64,000 nt of DNA from Staphylococcus phage vB_StaM_PB50, in sequence record OR770614.1, one strand, 5' to 3'. The position numbers and the translations under genes were made by a program. How positions within the stretch are numbered: position 1 is the first letter of the stretch; each line of letters begins with the position of its first letter. Positions 19,221 to 29,411 of this stretch are shown here, piece after piece. The notes beneath the pieces are model-generated. The model worked only from the letters and a program-made list of their open reading frames with translations. It ran no database searches and had not been told where the DNA came from.

Positions 19221-19982
19221 ATGACTTATGAAGATAGTTCTATTATTTCTAGTAGTATGTCTGAAGCAATGTCTACTAAAGTTACTATGAAGAAAACAGT
19301 AAATATTCCATCAAACACAAATATTCAATATATAGTTAAAGAAGGTCAGAAAGTACGTACAGGAGATCCTTTAATGATATTTGAAACTTCATTCGATGAA
19401 GAAGGTATTGGTTCTTTATTAGATAAAATTGGTAGTGAATTTGAACAAGATATTCAAGATATAGCTAACCGAGCTGTTAGAAGTAAATATACAGGTAATA
19501 TTAAAAAGATTAATATTTATTATAATGATGATATTGAAAATATGACTGATAGTTTAGCTAAATTAGTTAATAATTACATTAAAAAATCAAATGATAAATA
19601 TAAAGAATATAAATCTGGAATTAAAAATAATAAAGAAACTTTACCTGGTATTGATGTAGATATCGCTGCAGTTGATAAAATTAATACAGAGAAAATTAAA
19701 GGGGAAAAAGTTGACGGAGTTCTTATTGAAATCTTCACTGAGTATGAAGATGATATGAGTGTTGGAGATAAAATTAGTTTCTATGGAGCTTGTAAAACTG
19801 TAGTTGCTGATGTAACTCCTCCAAATGAATCTCCTTATGCAGAATATAGACCTGATGAGGAAATCGAAGCTGTATTCTCTCCATTAAGTATTGTCTCTCG
19901 TATGACAGTTGATATTTACATGATGCTATTTACAAATAAAGCTTTAATAGAATTAAAACGTAAAGTAAAAGATATGATTTAA
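19221..19982 (+). CDS. RNAP beta-like subunit, exon 3 or fragment
   Basis: TYEDSSII (beta NFEDSIL), GDKISFYGACKTVVADV (beta GDKMAGRHGNKGVVSKI), SPLSIVSRMTVD (beta NPLGVPSRMNIG). Confidence 0.7.
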   Translation: MTYEDSSIISSSMSEAMSTKVTMKKTVNIPSNTNIQYIVKEGQKVRTGDPLMIFETSFDEEGIGSLLDKIGSEFEQDIQDIANRAVRSKYTGNIKKINIYYNDDIENMTDSLAKLVNNYIKKSNDKYKEYKSGIKNNKETLPGIDVDIAAVDKINTEKIKGEKVDGVLIEIFTEYEDDMSVGDKISFYGACKTVVADVTPPNESPYAEYRPDEEIEAVFSPLSIVSRMTVDIYMMLFTNKALIELKRKVKDMI

Positions 19983-19987
19983 TTCAC

Positions 19988-20020
19988 ATATCCCAATGAT
20001 TATATTGATCATTGGGATAT
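19988..20020 (+). terminator. terminator hairpin ATATCCCAATGAT-loop-ATCATTGGGATAT
   Basis: 13-bp inverted repeat immediately after the beta exon 3 stop, followed by T-rich tract. Confidence 0.65.
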
Positions 20021-20071
20021 TATTATTTAACACAATATTATTATAAATATTAAAGAAATGAGGAAAATATA

Positions 20072-21100
20072 ATGGATTTTAAATCTCTAGAAGAATCTTT
20101 AGATAAAGAATTTGGTTTAGTTAATGAAGATCCTGAACAAAACCTTTTTAATGATTTAAAAGGTGTTATTATAAATCAATATCAAAAAGGAATTGATAGA
20201 TTAACTAAACAAGGATATGCTAATTTTCAACCTAGTAAATTTGTTTATGCGGGAACTAATATAAACTTAGAAGTAAAATGTAAACATTTAGTTAGCGGAG
20301 ATAATACGGAAAGAGACTTTGCTGTAGTTAGAGTTAATAGAACTATTGCATCTGGTGGACAGTATGAAAGTTTAATGAATAGAAATAAATCATCCGTATT
20401 TCCTGAACTTAAAAAGATGAAACCTTCAGATGAAGCTAAAAAAGCTGCTGAAAGTAGAATTAAGAAAGATAAAATGAAAACGGAACTTCAAAAAGATATT
20501 GAAGATATTAGAAATACTAAAGACAAACAAGAGAAAAAAAGAAAGATTAAAGAATATAAAGAGAAATTGAAAAATAGTAAGAAAAAATTAAATGAAGAAT
20601 TGAATCGTGATATCGATACTGATAAAGAAGAACCTATTTGTGAAGAGTGTGGTTCTAAAATGTCTCCAAATGAATCAGGTCAATTAGTATGTGAAGATTG
20701 TGGTAACACTGCAGATGTTGCTGTTCAAGAAGGAATTGTTGAACCTGATACTCTTGAAGCGGATTTTGCTAAAGCTTGTATGAATTTTAAAATAAAAGCT
20801 AAAAGTAAAGGTATTAGGATTGATTCGGGTAATGCTGTGGTAGTAGCTAAACGTACTGGTGGCAAAAACGCTGCTTTAGAAGTACCTATTATATATAAAG
20901 GTAAAGATAAAATTAGAAGAATACCTATTGGAATAGTTGCAGATCGTTTCAAAGAAGCTCAGAAATGGGCTCAAAGTAATGGTAATAAATTTGTATCTAT
21001 CTTTAAAAAAGCTCCTGATAAAAAACCTGAGATTGATGAAGATGATAAAGTGGTAGAAGAATTAGAAAATAAATTGAATGAAGAATTCTTTTTAAACTAA
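20072..21100 (+). CDS. hypothetical Zn-ribbon protein
   Basis: CEECGSKMSPNESGQLVCEDCG four-Cys ribbon. Its N-terminal peptide SLEESLDKEF is duplicated at the C-terminus of the 21138..21728 ORF. Confidence 0.55.
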   Translation: MDFKSLEESLDKEFGLVNEDPEQNLFNDLKGVIINQYQKGIDRLTKQGYANFQPSKFVYAGTNINLEVKCKHLVSGDNTERDFAVVRVNRTIASGGQYESLMNRNKSSVFPELKKMKPSDEAKKAAESRIKKDKMKTELQKDIEDIRNTKDKQEKKRKIKEYKEKLKNSKKKLNEELNRDIDTDKEEPICEECGSKMSPNESGQLVCEDCGNTADVAVQEGIVEPDTLEADFAKACMNFKIKAKSKGIRIDSGNAVVVAKRTGGKNAALEVPIIYKGKDKIRRIPIGIVADRFKEAQKWAQSNGNKFVSIFKKAPDKKPEIDEDDKVVEELENKLNEEFFLN

Positions 21101-21137
21101 TAATTATTAAAAATAAAAAAAAGGTAGGAAAAAACTT

Positions 21138-21728
21138 ATGGAAGATATTTATATTCAAGAAGGTAAAAAATTAGATAAAGCTAAAAAAGCAGCTAGAAAA
21201 TTATTTTTAGGATTAACTCCTGAAGAAATTAAAGAAAAATTTGCTATACGTGTAGCTAAAAAGAAATATAGTCTTGAAGTTAAAAAAGGTTATAAGATAA
21301 ATTATTCTGACGCTAAATTATTTACACATGCAACTACACGTAAAGATTCACATGCTATAGATTACGAATTAAGTTTAGTGTTTTCTTTTACTAAACCTAA
21401 TGGTAAGAAAAGTTTCTTTGATAGAAGCGTTTTTATTTATAATCGTTTCGGATCAATGCAAGAAGCTGTATCATTCCAAAATAAACATGGAAAAGATTTA
21501 TTAAAAATATTTAAAACGACTAAAGCAGATAAAAAACCTAAGAAATCTAAATCAGTTAATGAAAGTATGGAAGAATTAGGTATTAATGAAGATTTTGAAG
21601 ACAAATTATTTGAATATTTAGAAGGCGTTACAGAGCAAATCTTATCTGAAGAAAATAAAGAAGAAAATGATAATAAAAAAGAATTAGATTCTCTAGAAGA
21701 ATCTTTAGATAAAGAATTCAGTTTATAA
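21138..21728 (+). CDS. hypothetical protein
   Basis: ORF with SD; C-terminal LDSLEESLDKEFSL repeats the N-terminus of the 20072 ORF (29-nt identical DNA). Confidence 0.55.
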   Translation: MEDIYIQEGKKLDKAKKAARKLFLGLTPEEIKEKFAIRVAKKKYSLEVKKGYKINYSDAKLFTHATTRKDSHAIDYELSLVFSFTKPNGKKSFFDRSVFIYNRFGSMQEAVSFQNKHGKDLLKIFKTTKADKKPKKSKSVNESMEELGINEDFEDKLFEYLEGVTEQILSEENKEENDNKKELDSLEESLDKEFSL

Positions 21729-21732
21729 TAAT

Positions 21733-21767
21733 TATCCCAATACCTAAATTAATAGGTATTGGGATAT
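21733..21767. terminator. bidirectional terminator hairpin TATCCCAATACCT-AAATTAAT-AGGTATTGGGATA (conserved family)
   Basis: 13-bp perfect inverted repeat between convergent genes. Confidence 0.7.
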
Positions 21768-21771
21768 TTTA

Positions 21772-22941
21772 TTATTTAAGTAAATCTAATTTATATTGTA
21801 ACGTTTCAATTTCTATGCCTAGTTTAACTGCTTTAAGAATATTTTTTCTTTCAGTTATAATTGTAGGAATAACATAAGATATTTCAGTGTTTAAGAAATT
21901 AATATAATTTAATTTCTTGCTATTTGATGCAATAAATTTATTAAGACTATCTATGTCTTCTCTAGTTATATCTGATTCTGGATCATTAGCTGCTTTAAAA
22001 TACTCATCTGATCTTTCTAAATCTTCATTAAGTTCTTTTTCAACTTCTTTATAAATTTTATCCATATCCTTAGAGAATAATTTTAAGTTATTTGTAAATT
22101 TATCAATTTTTTCTATATCTTTATATCTAATATTTGCAGCATTATTTTCATTAATCACTTCATTAGCTGGAAAGATTTTTAAAGAGCTCTTATAATTTCT
22201 ATAATTAGATATTAATTCATCGATTTGTCTTACACTTCTTTTAACTTTAATTACTGAGCTGTTTATATTAACTTCATCTTTTATTCCCATAAATAAATCT
22301 TTAATGTCATTCAATACAGAAAGTTCTTTTAATAATCCTACGCTACCTCTTCCGATTATTCCTTCATAACCATCTTTTATTTTAATTTCACTTAAAGCTT
22401 TTTTCTTAGAGATTATTATATCATTAAATTCTTTTTTCTTCTCTTCTTTATTTTTTCTTAATTCTCTTTCATAGGTATCATTTAAATTATTTAAATATTT
22501 TCTAGATTTTTCTAGATCATTTATTGTTGAATCTTTCTTTTTACTTTCTCTTTCTTTATCTGCTAATTCTTTTTCTTTTTTCTCTATAGTCTTTTTCATA
22601 CGATCTAATTCAGAAGAATAAATATTATAATTATCTGAATTTACTTTTTTCATTTTTTCATTTTCTTTTTTAAGTTTATCTATCTCAGCAATAAATGCTT
22701 CTTCTTTCTTAGAATAACCTGTAATTTTATTAAATAGATTAACTATAAATTTCTTGAATTTCTTATAAATATTTACTAAGAAATTTTTAATTTTTAAAAG
22801 CATTTTCTTAATCTTTTCTAATACACTCTTTTTATTTTTATTTGAAGATTCTTCTTCATTAATTACTTCATAAAAAGAAATTGATTCTTTAACAAAATCT
22901 ATTTCATATTCTTTCATCTCCAACATAGTATCTTCCCTCAT
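21772..22941 (-). CDS. coiled-coil protein (K/E-rich), hypothetical
   Basis: Long ORF with heptad-like K/E/L-rich composition. Confidence 0.5.
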   Translation of the reverse strand: MREDTMLEMKEYEIDFVKESISFYEVINEEESSNKNKKSVLEKIKKMLLKIKNFLVNIYKKFKKFIVNLFNKITGYSKKEEAFIAEIDKLKKENEKMKKVNSDNYNIYSSELDRMKKTIEKKEKELADKERESKKKDSTINDLEKSRKYLNNLNDTYERELRKNKEEKKKEFNDIIISKKKALSEIKIKDGYEGIIGRGSVGLLKELSVLNDIKDLFMGIKDEVNINSSVIKVKRSVRQIDELISNYRNYKSSLKIFPANEVINENNAANIRYKDIEKIDKFTNNLKLFSKDMDKIYKEVEKELNEDLERSDEYFKAANDPESDITREDIDSLNKFIASNSKKLNYINFLNTEISYVIPTIITERKNILKAVKLGIEIETLQYKLDLLK

Positions 22942-23029
22942 TTTATTATTATTTTTTATATAAATTTAATGTTAACATTAACATATCGTATAAATAATAA
23001 TAATAATAATAAGAAAGTGAGGAAAATTA

Positions 23030-24298
23030 ATGGGTTATTTTATTAGTAATGATGATCTTCAACCGAAAGATATTGTAAATAGTTATGTATCTTCATATCT
23101 TTCAGGTACTGAAAAGTATAGTAAATTCCAAGCTGGAGCTCCTAGTTTTGTTACTTATTACAGTAAAGATCATGAGAACTCAACCTCAGATAGATCATTA
23201 GATAATGTTGAAGAAATTGTTGGAGATAATTCTCCACTTAAATATAATAAATTAAAAGATTTTCCTATATATTCTGTTACTGAAATGAATCCTACTATAG
23301 AATGGGATGAAGAGTGGGGAACTGAAAAAGATTTAGAAAGTGAAGCTGTAATATTACCTGGAACTATTGAACCTCTTCCAGATGATTTTATTGTATTTCA
23401 GTATCAAACTAAAGATAATTTAAATAGTAGAATATATAGAGTAAATAATGTAGAAATGAGTTCATTAGAAAATTCATCATATTATAAAATAAGTTACCAG
23501 AATTTTAATGTAAATACAGAAGATATTGAAAGACAAGTTTCTAATACTTATAGAACTGTATTTTCTAATATTGGTACAGATAATAAATCATTGATATTAG
23601 AAGAAGATTTCTATCAAGTTAATAATAGTATTAAATACTCCGATGAAATATCTGCGTTAATTATTGATAATTTCTATAATTCTTCATTAAATACATTCAT
23701 TTATTATGAAGATGAAATTAGTGCAATAGCAAATATAAAATATATAGATTTAAATTTATCTAGATTTATATACGATAATAATTTATTAGTAAAGTCTAGT
23801 ACCTATTTATCAAACATAATGCCTTATAAAGATAAAAATCCTAAAAATGAAAGAATAAACCAGAAAAATTATAAATATTCTTTATATGAAAGATTGAAAG
23901 ATAGAAAAGAATTACCTAATATAATAACTTTAGATGAAACTAAAGATAATTTTTTAAAAATGTTTAGAGAGAAATATTTAGAGATTAACTTTATGAATAA
24001 AGCTCTTCATGATACAAAAATATTAAATGATATGAATGATTTCACTGAATTATCTAATATAAGTAAGATTAATAGAATTAATGAAGATTATCAAGGTTTA
24101 AATAGTTTAACTGATCTTGATGAACGTTATAAATTAATTATACTATACTTACAAAAAGATAATATTGATGAAAAAATTCTTGATAAAATATTTAAGTACT
24201 ATGACAATAAATTTGAATTAGATATGGAAGATTATATATTATTACCATGCATATTATTTATTATAAAGAATAATATTGAATCTAAATTTAAAAAATAA
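23030..24298 (+). CDS. hypothetical protein
   Basis: ORF with SD (GAGGAAAATTAATG); no motif recognised. Confidence 0.5.
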   Translation: MGYFISNDDLQPKDIVNSYVSSYLSGTEKYSKFQAGAPSFVTYYSKDHENSTSDRSLDNVEEIVGDNSPLKYNKLKDFPIYSVTEMNPTIEWDEEWGTEKDLESEAVILPGTIEPLPDDFIVFQYQTKDNLNSRIYRVNNVEMSSLENSSYYKISYQNFNVNTEDIERQVSNTYRTVFSNIGTDNKSLILEEDFYQVNNSIKYSDEISALIIDNFYNSSLNTFIYYEDEISAIANIKYIDLNLSRFIYDNNLLVKSSTYLSNIMPYKDKNPKNERINQKNYKYSLYERLKDRKELPNIITLDETKDNFLKMFREKYLEINFMNKALHDTKILNDMNDFTELSNISKINRINEDYQGLNSLTDLDERYKLIILYLQKDNIDEKILDKIFKYYDNKFELDMEDYILLPCILFIIKNNIESKFKK

Positions 24299-24336
24299 TA
24301 AACTGTGAAATATAGAAAATAAAGGAGAATTTTAAT

Positions 24337-26253
24337 ATGTCTAAAAAAATAAATAAAACAGATTTAAATGAAGAAGATATGTTTTTATATGAAGGAAATG
24401 ATTTAGATAGTAATGATGAAGAATTAAAACGAGATATTCCTGAAGATGAAGAAGAAATTGAAGAAACTTTCAATAAATTAATCAATGAAGAAGAAATTGA
24501 TGATGAAGAATCTGATGATCTTGATGAAGTAGAAGATGCTGAAGAAGAAGATGATGTAAAAGTTATTGATTCTGATGATCCTGAATACGATGATCCTATT
24601 ATCTTAGATAAAGATGATGTAGTTGATGATGATACTGCAAATAATGACATTCAAGAGAATCTTTTATTTAATGAAGATGATAAAGAAGATGAAGAAAAAA
24701 CACAACCTGGTTATACTGAATTAAGAGCTAAATTCTTAGATTCTCAAATGGTAGTTCCTACTACTTTTGGTCCTCATTCAACTTATGGAGTTAATACATC
24801 CAGTGCAAATACTTCAGCACCTTCCGTTAGTGATGGAGGAATGTCAACAGCTAACGGTACAGCTAGTGTTGGAGGAGCAGTTACTGAAACTTATTTATAC
24901 AATAAAGATCCTAAACCTGAATTTACTTTTGTAGATTTAAAAAATGCTTTGTTAGATACTGATGCCGAAGTAGGATATACAATAGGTACACCTGAATCTA
25001 GTGAAGTAAAAAATCAAAGTAAAAATATTGTTGCGAATGAAGCTTATGTAGATGAGGAAAATAAAGCATTTCCTTTTGTTAAAGTAAATGAAAATTACGA
25101 TACTGCTATTGTAAAAGCTTTTAATGGTGAAGTTAAGAAAATTAGTGAATCCATTTTAAATACTTTTAAATTAGAATCTAAAAGTAGAAAACAAATTTTT
25201 GTTACTAATGAATCAATTGAAACTATGCGTGGATTATTAAATGAAACTGGAAAAATTAAAAACGGTCAACAAATTTGTGAAGATTGTGGTAGTAAACTTT
25301 CTCTTAATGAATCCAATGAATTAATCTGTGAAAATTGTAATAAAGATATAAATGAAGCAATTAAACAAGAAAAAGAAGTTGGAGAAGTTATCTGCAATGA
25401 GTGTGGGGTACAAGAAGAAGTTGACCCTAACGTTAATGAAGCTGAATTAGTTTGTGAAAATTGTGGTTCTGATGATGTTGAATTTAAAACTAAAGTTATT
25501 AATGAATTTGAAACTAATGAAGAATTTTCACCTAAAGATTTATTAAGATATGCAACTACAATTTCCGAATCATTAGGTAAACGTGTAGATATAGTTGTAT
25601 CTAAAGAATCTTATTCACAAATTCCTTCTGTATATGATCCATCTTCTTTACTTGTAGATAAAGTTGACTTTGGTAAAGGATTTAAAAAGGTAATTGTTGT
25701 GGCTCCTAAAGGAAATAAATTACTTAAAGAACTTTATACTAGTAATGAAATTGATTTTGATTCACTTAAAGAAGAATTCAATAGTCAATTAATACAACGT
25801 GTCACTAATGAATCACTAAATGGAATTTTAGAAAACTTTTTAAATCCTTTAGATGAAGTTGATCATAGTGTAAAAGAAGAACTTAATAATAATGAAGTTG
25901 ATCTAGAACAATTAGAAGAATCAATTAATGCTGAAATGAAAAATAAAGATGAAGTATTATATGAAGGTCATCAAGAGTCTTTAGAAGAATTCTATGAAGA
26001 TATTGTTTTTGAAGCTTATGAAAATGTACCTAATAAAGATGAAGAAAAATTCAAAAAAGCTTTAAGTGAAAATATCAATGATCTTAATATCAATAAAGAA
26101 ATTAAAGTTAGTGAATCATCATTAATTATCAATGGAAAAACTATTGATTTTGAAGATAAAAGTGAAAAAGAATTAAAAGAAATGCTAATGAATGAAAGTA
26201 GATTAGAACAAAATCTATTGAACGAAAATATTTTTAAAATTATTAATGGTTAG
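24337..26253 (+). CDS. acidic protein with two Zn-ribbon motifs (paralogous ribbon to 20072 ORF)
   Basis: D/E-rich N-terminus; ICEDCGSKLSLNESNELICENCNKD and ICNECGV...CENCGSDD ribbons; strong SD AAAGGAG. Confidence 0.55.
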   Translation: MSKKINKTDLNEEDMFLYEGNDLDSNDEELKRDIPEDEEEIEETFNKLINEEEIDDEESDDLDEVEDAEEEDDVKVIDSDDPEYDDPIILDKDDVVDDDTANNDIQENLLFNEDDKEDEEKTQPGYTELRAKFLDSQMVVPTTFGPHSTYGVNTSSANTSAPSVSDGGMSTANGTASVGGAVTETYLYNKDPKPEFTFVDLKNALLDTDAEVGYTIGTPESSEVKNQSKNIVANEAYVDEENKAFPFVKVNENYDTAIVKAFNGEVKKISESILNTFKLESKSRKQIFVTNESIETMRGLLNETGKIKNGQQICEDCGSKLSLNESNELICENCNKDINEAIKQEKEVGEVICNECGVQEEVDPNVNEAELVCENCGSDDVEFKTKVINEFETNEEFSPKDLLRYATTISESLGKRVDIVVSKESYSQIPSVYDPSSLLVDKVDFGKGFKKVIVVAPKGNKLLKELYTSNEIDFDSLKEEFNSQLIQRVTNESLNGILENFLNPLDEVDHSVKEELNNNEVDLEQLEESINAEMKNKDEVLYEGHQESLEEFYEDIVFEAYENVPNKDEEKFKKALSENINDLNINKEIKVSESSLIINGKTIDFEDKSEKELKEMLMNESRLEQNLLNENIFKIING

Positions 26254-26421
26254 AATTTTATAACATTATTATATAATATTAATTATTTTTCGCTGTTTTG
26301 AATAAATACCCTAATACATTACTAAACGATGAGCCAATTTAAATATAAGAGACAATCATCGGTTTACAAGTGTATTAGGGGGATTTATTTGAAAAATTTA
26401 AACAGAAAGTAGGAGAAACTC

Positions 26422-27576
26422 TTGAATAATGAAGATGGTAAAATTCTAATAACGGTCCCACATAGAACATATATACCCAATAAAGGAATGGGACCAATAA
26501 ATAAACCTTTTTATGTTGATAAAGATATTTTAAAATTGTATGACTTAATGAACATACAATATAAAAGAATAACTGAGTATGATTATGTTGATATAAATGA
26601 AGATGGAAAATATGAAGTTGAAGAAATTAAATCAGTAGAAGAATTTATTGAACTAAAGTATCTACAAATTAATGAAATACTTAAACAAATAAAGATTATG
26701 TCTAATGACAGTGAAAAGATTAATAAAGAAATGGAAGATAAATTTAACAAAGTTAAAGAAAATTTAATCAATACTGATAATCTTGATGCATACTTAAGTG
26801 ATCTTGATGAATTTAAAAACAACATAGAAAATAAAAAATCAGATCTTCAATCTGAAAAAGAAGATGTGATTTCAACAATAGAAGATATGAATACTAAGTT
26901 GAATGATATGAAAGCCACTTTATCTGATTTTGAAAAAGTCAAAGAACAGTTCAATAGTAATTATAACAATACAATGAGTCTTAATGATGAAATGCAAAGT
27001 TTAAGTGAAACTGTAAATTATATTAAGGATATGGAAAATAGTGTAATTAAGGTTGAAGAAAAATTAAATCTTATAAAAGATAAATCTGAAGAATTAAAAT
27101 CTTCACAAGATTCATTTAATAATAGAATAAACGATTTTGAAAATAATTTATTAGATTATAAAGAGAATCTTAAAAATTATATGATAGAAAATGCTGAAAT
27201 GTATAAAGGTGATCCAGGCAAACAAGGACCTAAAGGCGATCCTTTCAAATACTCTGACTTTACTCAAGAGCAGTTAAATGGATTAAAAGGTGAAAAAGGA
27301 GATAAATTAACTTTTAATGATTTAACTAGCGAAGAAAAAGAAGAATTAAAAGGTGAAAAAGGAGATAAATTAACTTTTAATGATTTAACTACTAAAGATA
27401 AAGAAGAATTAAAAGGTGAAAAAGGCGACCCCTTCAAATATTCTGATTTTACAGAGGAACAATTATCTAACTTAAAAGGTGAAAAAGGCGATTCAGCACC
27501 TCCTAAAGTTTTTACTAGAGAAGAGTATGAAACTTTAGAAGAAAAAGACCCTAATACTCTTTACTTTATTATATAG
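26422..27576 (+). CDS. tail-fibre-like protein with collagen-like / GEKGD repeats
   Basis: C-terminal repeats KGDPGKQGPKGDP, LKGEKGDKLTFNDLT x2, LKGEKGDPFKYSDFT x2; N-terminal coiled coil. Confidence 0.6.
   Translation: MNNEDGKILITVPHRTYIPNKGMGPINKPFYVDKDILKLYDLMNIQYKRITEYDYVDINEDGKYEVEEIKSVEEFIELKYLQINEILKQIKIMSNDSEKINKEMEDKFNKVKENLINTDNLDAYLSDLDEFKNNIENKKSDLQSEKEDVISTIEDMNTKLNDMKATLSDFEKVKEQFNSNYNNTMSLNDEMQSLSETVNYIKDMENSVIKVEEKLNLIKDKSEELKSSQDSFNNRINDFENNLLDYKENLKNYMIENAEMYKGDPGKQGPKGDPFKYSDFTQEQLNGLKGEKGDKLTFNDLTSEEKEELKGEKGDKLTFNDLTTKDKEELKGEKGDPFKYSDFTEEQLSNLKGEKGDSAPPKVFTREEYETLEEKDPNTLYFII
27214..27510 (+). repeat. tandem in-frame DNA repeats encoding collagen-like GEKGD units
   Basis: Near-identical 60-nt units (aaaggtgaaaaaggagataaattaacttttaatgatttaact...). 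Confidence 0.7.
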
Positions 27577-27581
27577 AAAGG

Positions 27582-28322
27582 ATGGCTAAAATGATAAATA
27601 TAGGAAGTCTTAAATCATCTTTTCTATATAAAGGTAAAGATTTAATCTATCCGAATCCTATTAAAGATGGTTTAATTCTATGGTATGATTTTGCAAGCAT
27701 GAAAAATGATAGTGCTAATAAAAGTATTGCAAAAAATATGATAAATATTGATAATGATGGAAAATTAAATAATTTTGCTTTTAATAGTGAAAGTGGATAT
27801 AGTAATAATAATCTTAATTTTGACGGAATAGATGACAAGATAATTGTTGATGGATCTGATGGCAGATTTATGTTAGATAGTTTAACTGTAGAATGGACTG
27901 GAAAAATGAATGCAACTGAAAATAGTGGAACAAATCATATAATATATTGTGGTTATTATATGGGCTGGTCCTTAACTTATCATGATTCAAATCAATTGAT
28001 GTTGTGCATGAAAAATTCTTTAAAGGAAGATGGATGGAATAGAAATTACTTATCAAGAACCGTATTTGAAGTTGGTTCAGAAGCTTTTCACTTTACTGCA
28101 GTTTTCAGTCCTAATGGAATTAAATGTTATATTAATGGAGATTATAAAGAAAACGGATCAAACACTACAGAAATAAAACCTCAATATGAAAAAATGTTTG
28201 ATATAGAGATTATGAATGATTTAGAAGGAAGTTTAATGTCAACTAGAATATATAACAGAACTCTTACTGAAGAAGAAATCAAACATAATTATCAGTTAGA
28301 AAAAGAAAGATGGGGGTTATAA
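27582..28322 (+). CDS. LamG/concanavalin-A-like jelly-roll protein (tail-associated, receptor-binding candidate)
   Basis: N-terminal YKGKDLIYPNPIKDGLILWYDF and C-terminal IYNRTLTEEEIKHNYQLEKERW are LamG-domain signatures common in phage tail proteins. Confidence 0.55.
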   Translation: MAKMINIGSLKSSFLYKGKDLIYPNPIKDGLILWYDFASMKNDSANKSIAKNMINIDNDGKLNNFAFNSESGYSNNNLNFDGIDDKIIVDGSDGRFMLDSLTVEWTGKMNATENSGTNHIIYCGYYMGWSLTYHDSNQLMLCMKNSLKEDGWNRNYLSRTVFEVGSEAFHFTAVFSPNGIKCYINGDYKENGSNTTEIKPQYEKMFDIEIMNDLEGSLMSTRIYNRTLTEEEIKHNYQLEKERWGL

Positions 28323-29149
28323 TTATGAATACAATTAGATTAGGCAATAATCCCATATCTTTTGTTTATCAAGGTAGTAAATTAATATACCCTAACCCAA
28401 TTAAAGATGGATTAGTTTTATGGTATGATTTTAATGGTATGAAAAATATTGATACTAATAAAGGTGTTACCAAAGATCTAACTGGAAGATCTACTGAAAA
28501 TACACAACATTTTAATTTCCTATATAACTCTGAAAGTGGTTATAATAAAGGATTAAAATTTGATGGTATTGATGATAGAATTATACCTATGGCAAAACAC
28601 CCTGACGGAACGGTAAGTCAGTTAGATATGAAGAAAATTAACAATGGTCAAAAATTTTCAGTTGAAATGACACTAAAAATGTCAGATAAACTTATAGAAA
28701 AAGGATCTGAAATTTTTATGACCAGTAAAACATATGGTAGATTTTGGTTACAGTTTATAAAGGACAATAATATAGTTTCTTCTGAGGAATATAGTATTTC
28801 TGCTTCTACTTACTATGGAGCTGAAGGTGGTAGAAGTACCTATTCATTTAGTAAATCAGAAGGATATAAATATGGCGATGAATTTCATCTAGTATCTACA
28901 GTTGATAAAAACGACAAAATTACATTATATGTAAATGGGGTAAAAAAGGATGAGAAACCTTTAAATGATATTACAATTACAACTTCTCAAGAAACAGATT
29001 TTAAAGTATTTTTAGGTCAAGGAGATGCTACAGCTTATTATAGAAGATTTGAACATGAACTCTATTCAATGAAAATTTACGATAGAGTGCTTACTGAACA
29101 AGAAATTCAGTACAACTATAATTTAGAAAAAGAAAGGTGGAACTTGTAA
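28310..29149 (+). CDS. LamG-like jelly-roll protein, paralog of the preceding gene
   Basis: Shares YQGSKLIYPNPIKDGLVLWYDF and IYDRVLTEQEIQYNYNLEKERWN with 27582 ORF. Confidence 0.55.
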   Translation: MGVIIMNTIRLGNNPISFVYQGSKLIYPNPIKDGLVLWYDFNGMKNIDTNKGVTKDLTGRSTENTQHFNFLYNSESGYNKGLKFDGIDDRIIPMAKHPDGTVSQLDMKKINNGQKFSVEMTLKMSDKLIEKGSEIFMTSKTYGRFWLQFIKDNNIVSSEEYSISASTYYGAEGGRSTYSFSKSEGYKYGDEFHLVSTVDKNDKITLYVNGVKKDEKPLNDITITTSQETDFKVFLGQGDATAYYRRFEHELYSMKIYDRVLTEQEIQYNYNLEKERWNL

Positions 29150-29370
29150 TGAAATTTGTAATTGCAAATGTAGAATTTTTTGAGAAATTAGGATATAGTA
29201 CTAAATATTGGAGAAAATCTGTAGATGGAAATAAAACTATTTGTCATCTAGAATATGCTGAAATTTTAGATAATGGAATTCAAGAGGAAGAAAATGTTTT
29301 AGTTGTTGATGCAGCTGAAGCCCAAGATATTATGAATACTGAAGAATGGTCTAGTAAAGAAGAAGAATAA
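29137..29370 (+). CDS. small hypothetical protein
   Basis: 77-aa ORF overlapping the upstream stop (ATGA-type coupling). Confidence 0.4.
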   Translation: MELVMKFVIANVEFFEKLGYSTKYWRKSVDGNKTICHLEYAEILDNGIQEEENVLVVDAAEAQDIMNTEEWSSKEEE

Positions 29371-29411
29371 GAACAAGTAAATATAATAAAAATAAATGGA
29401 GGAAATTTTTT

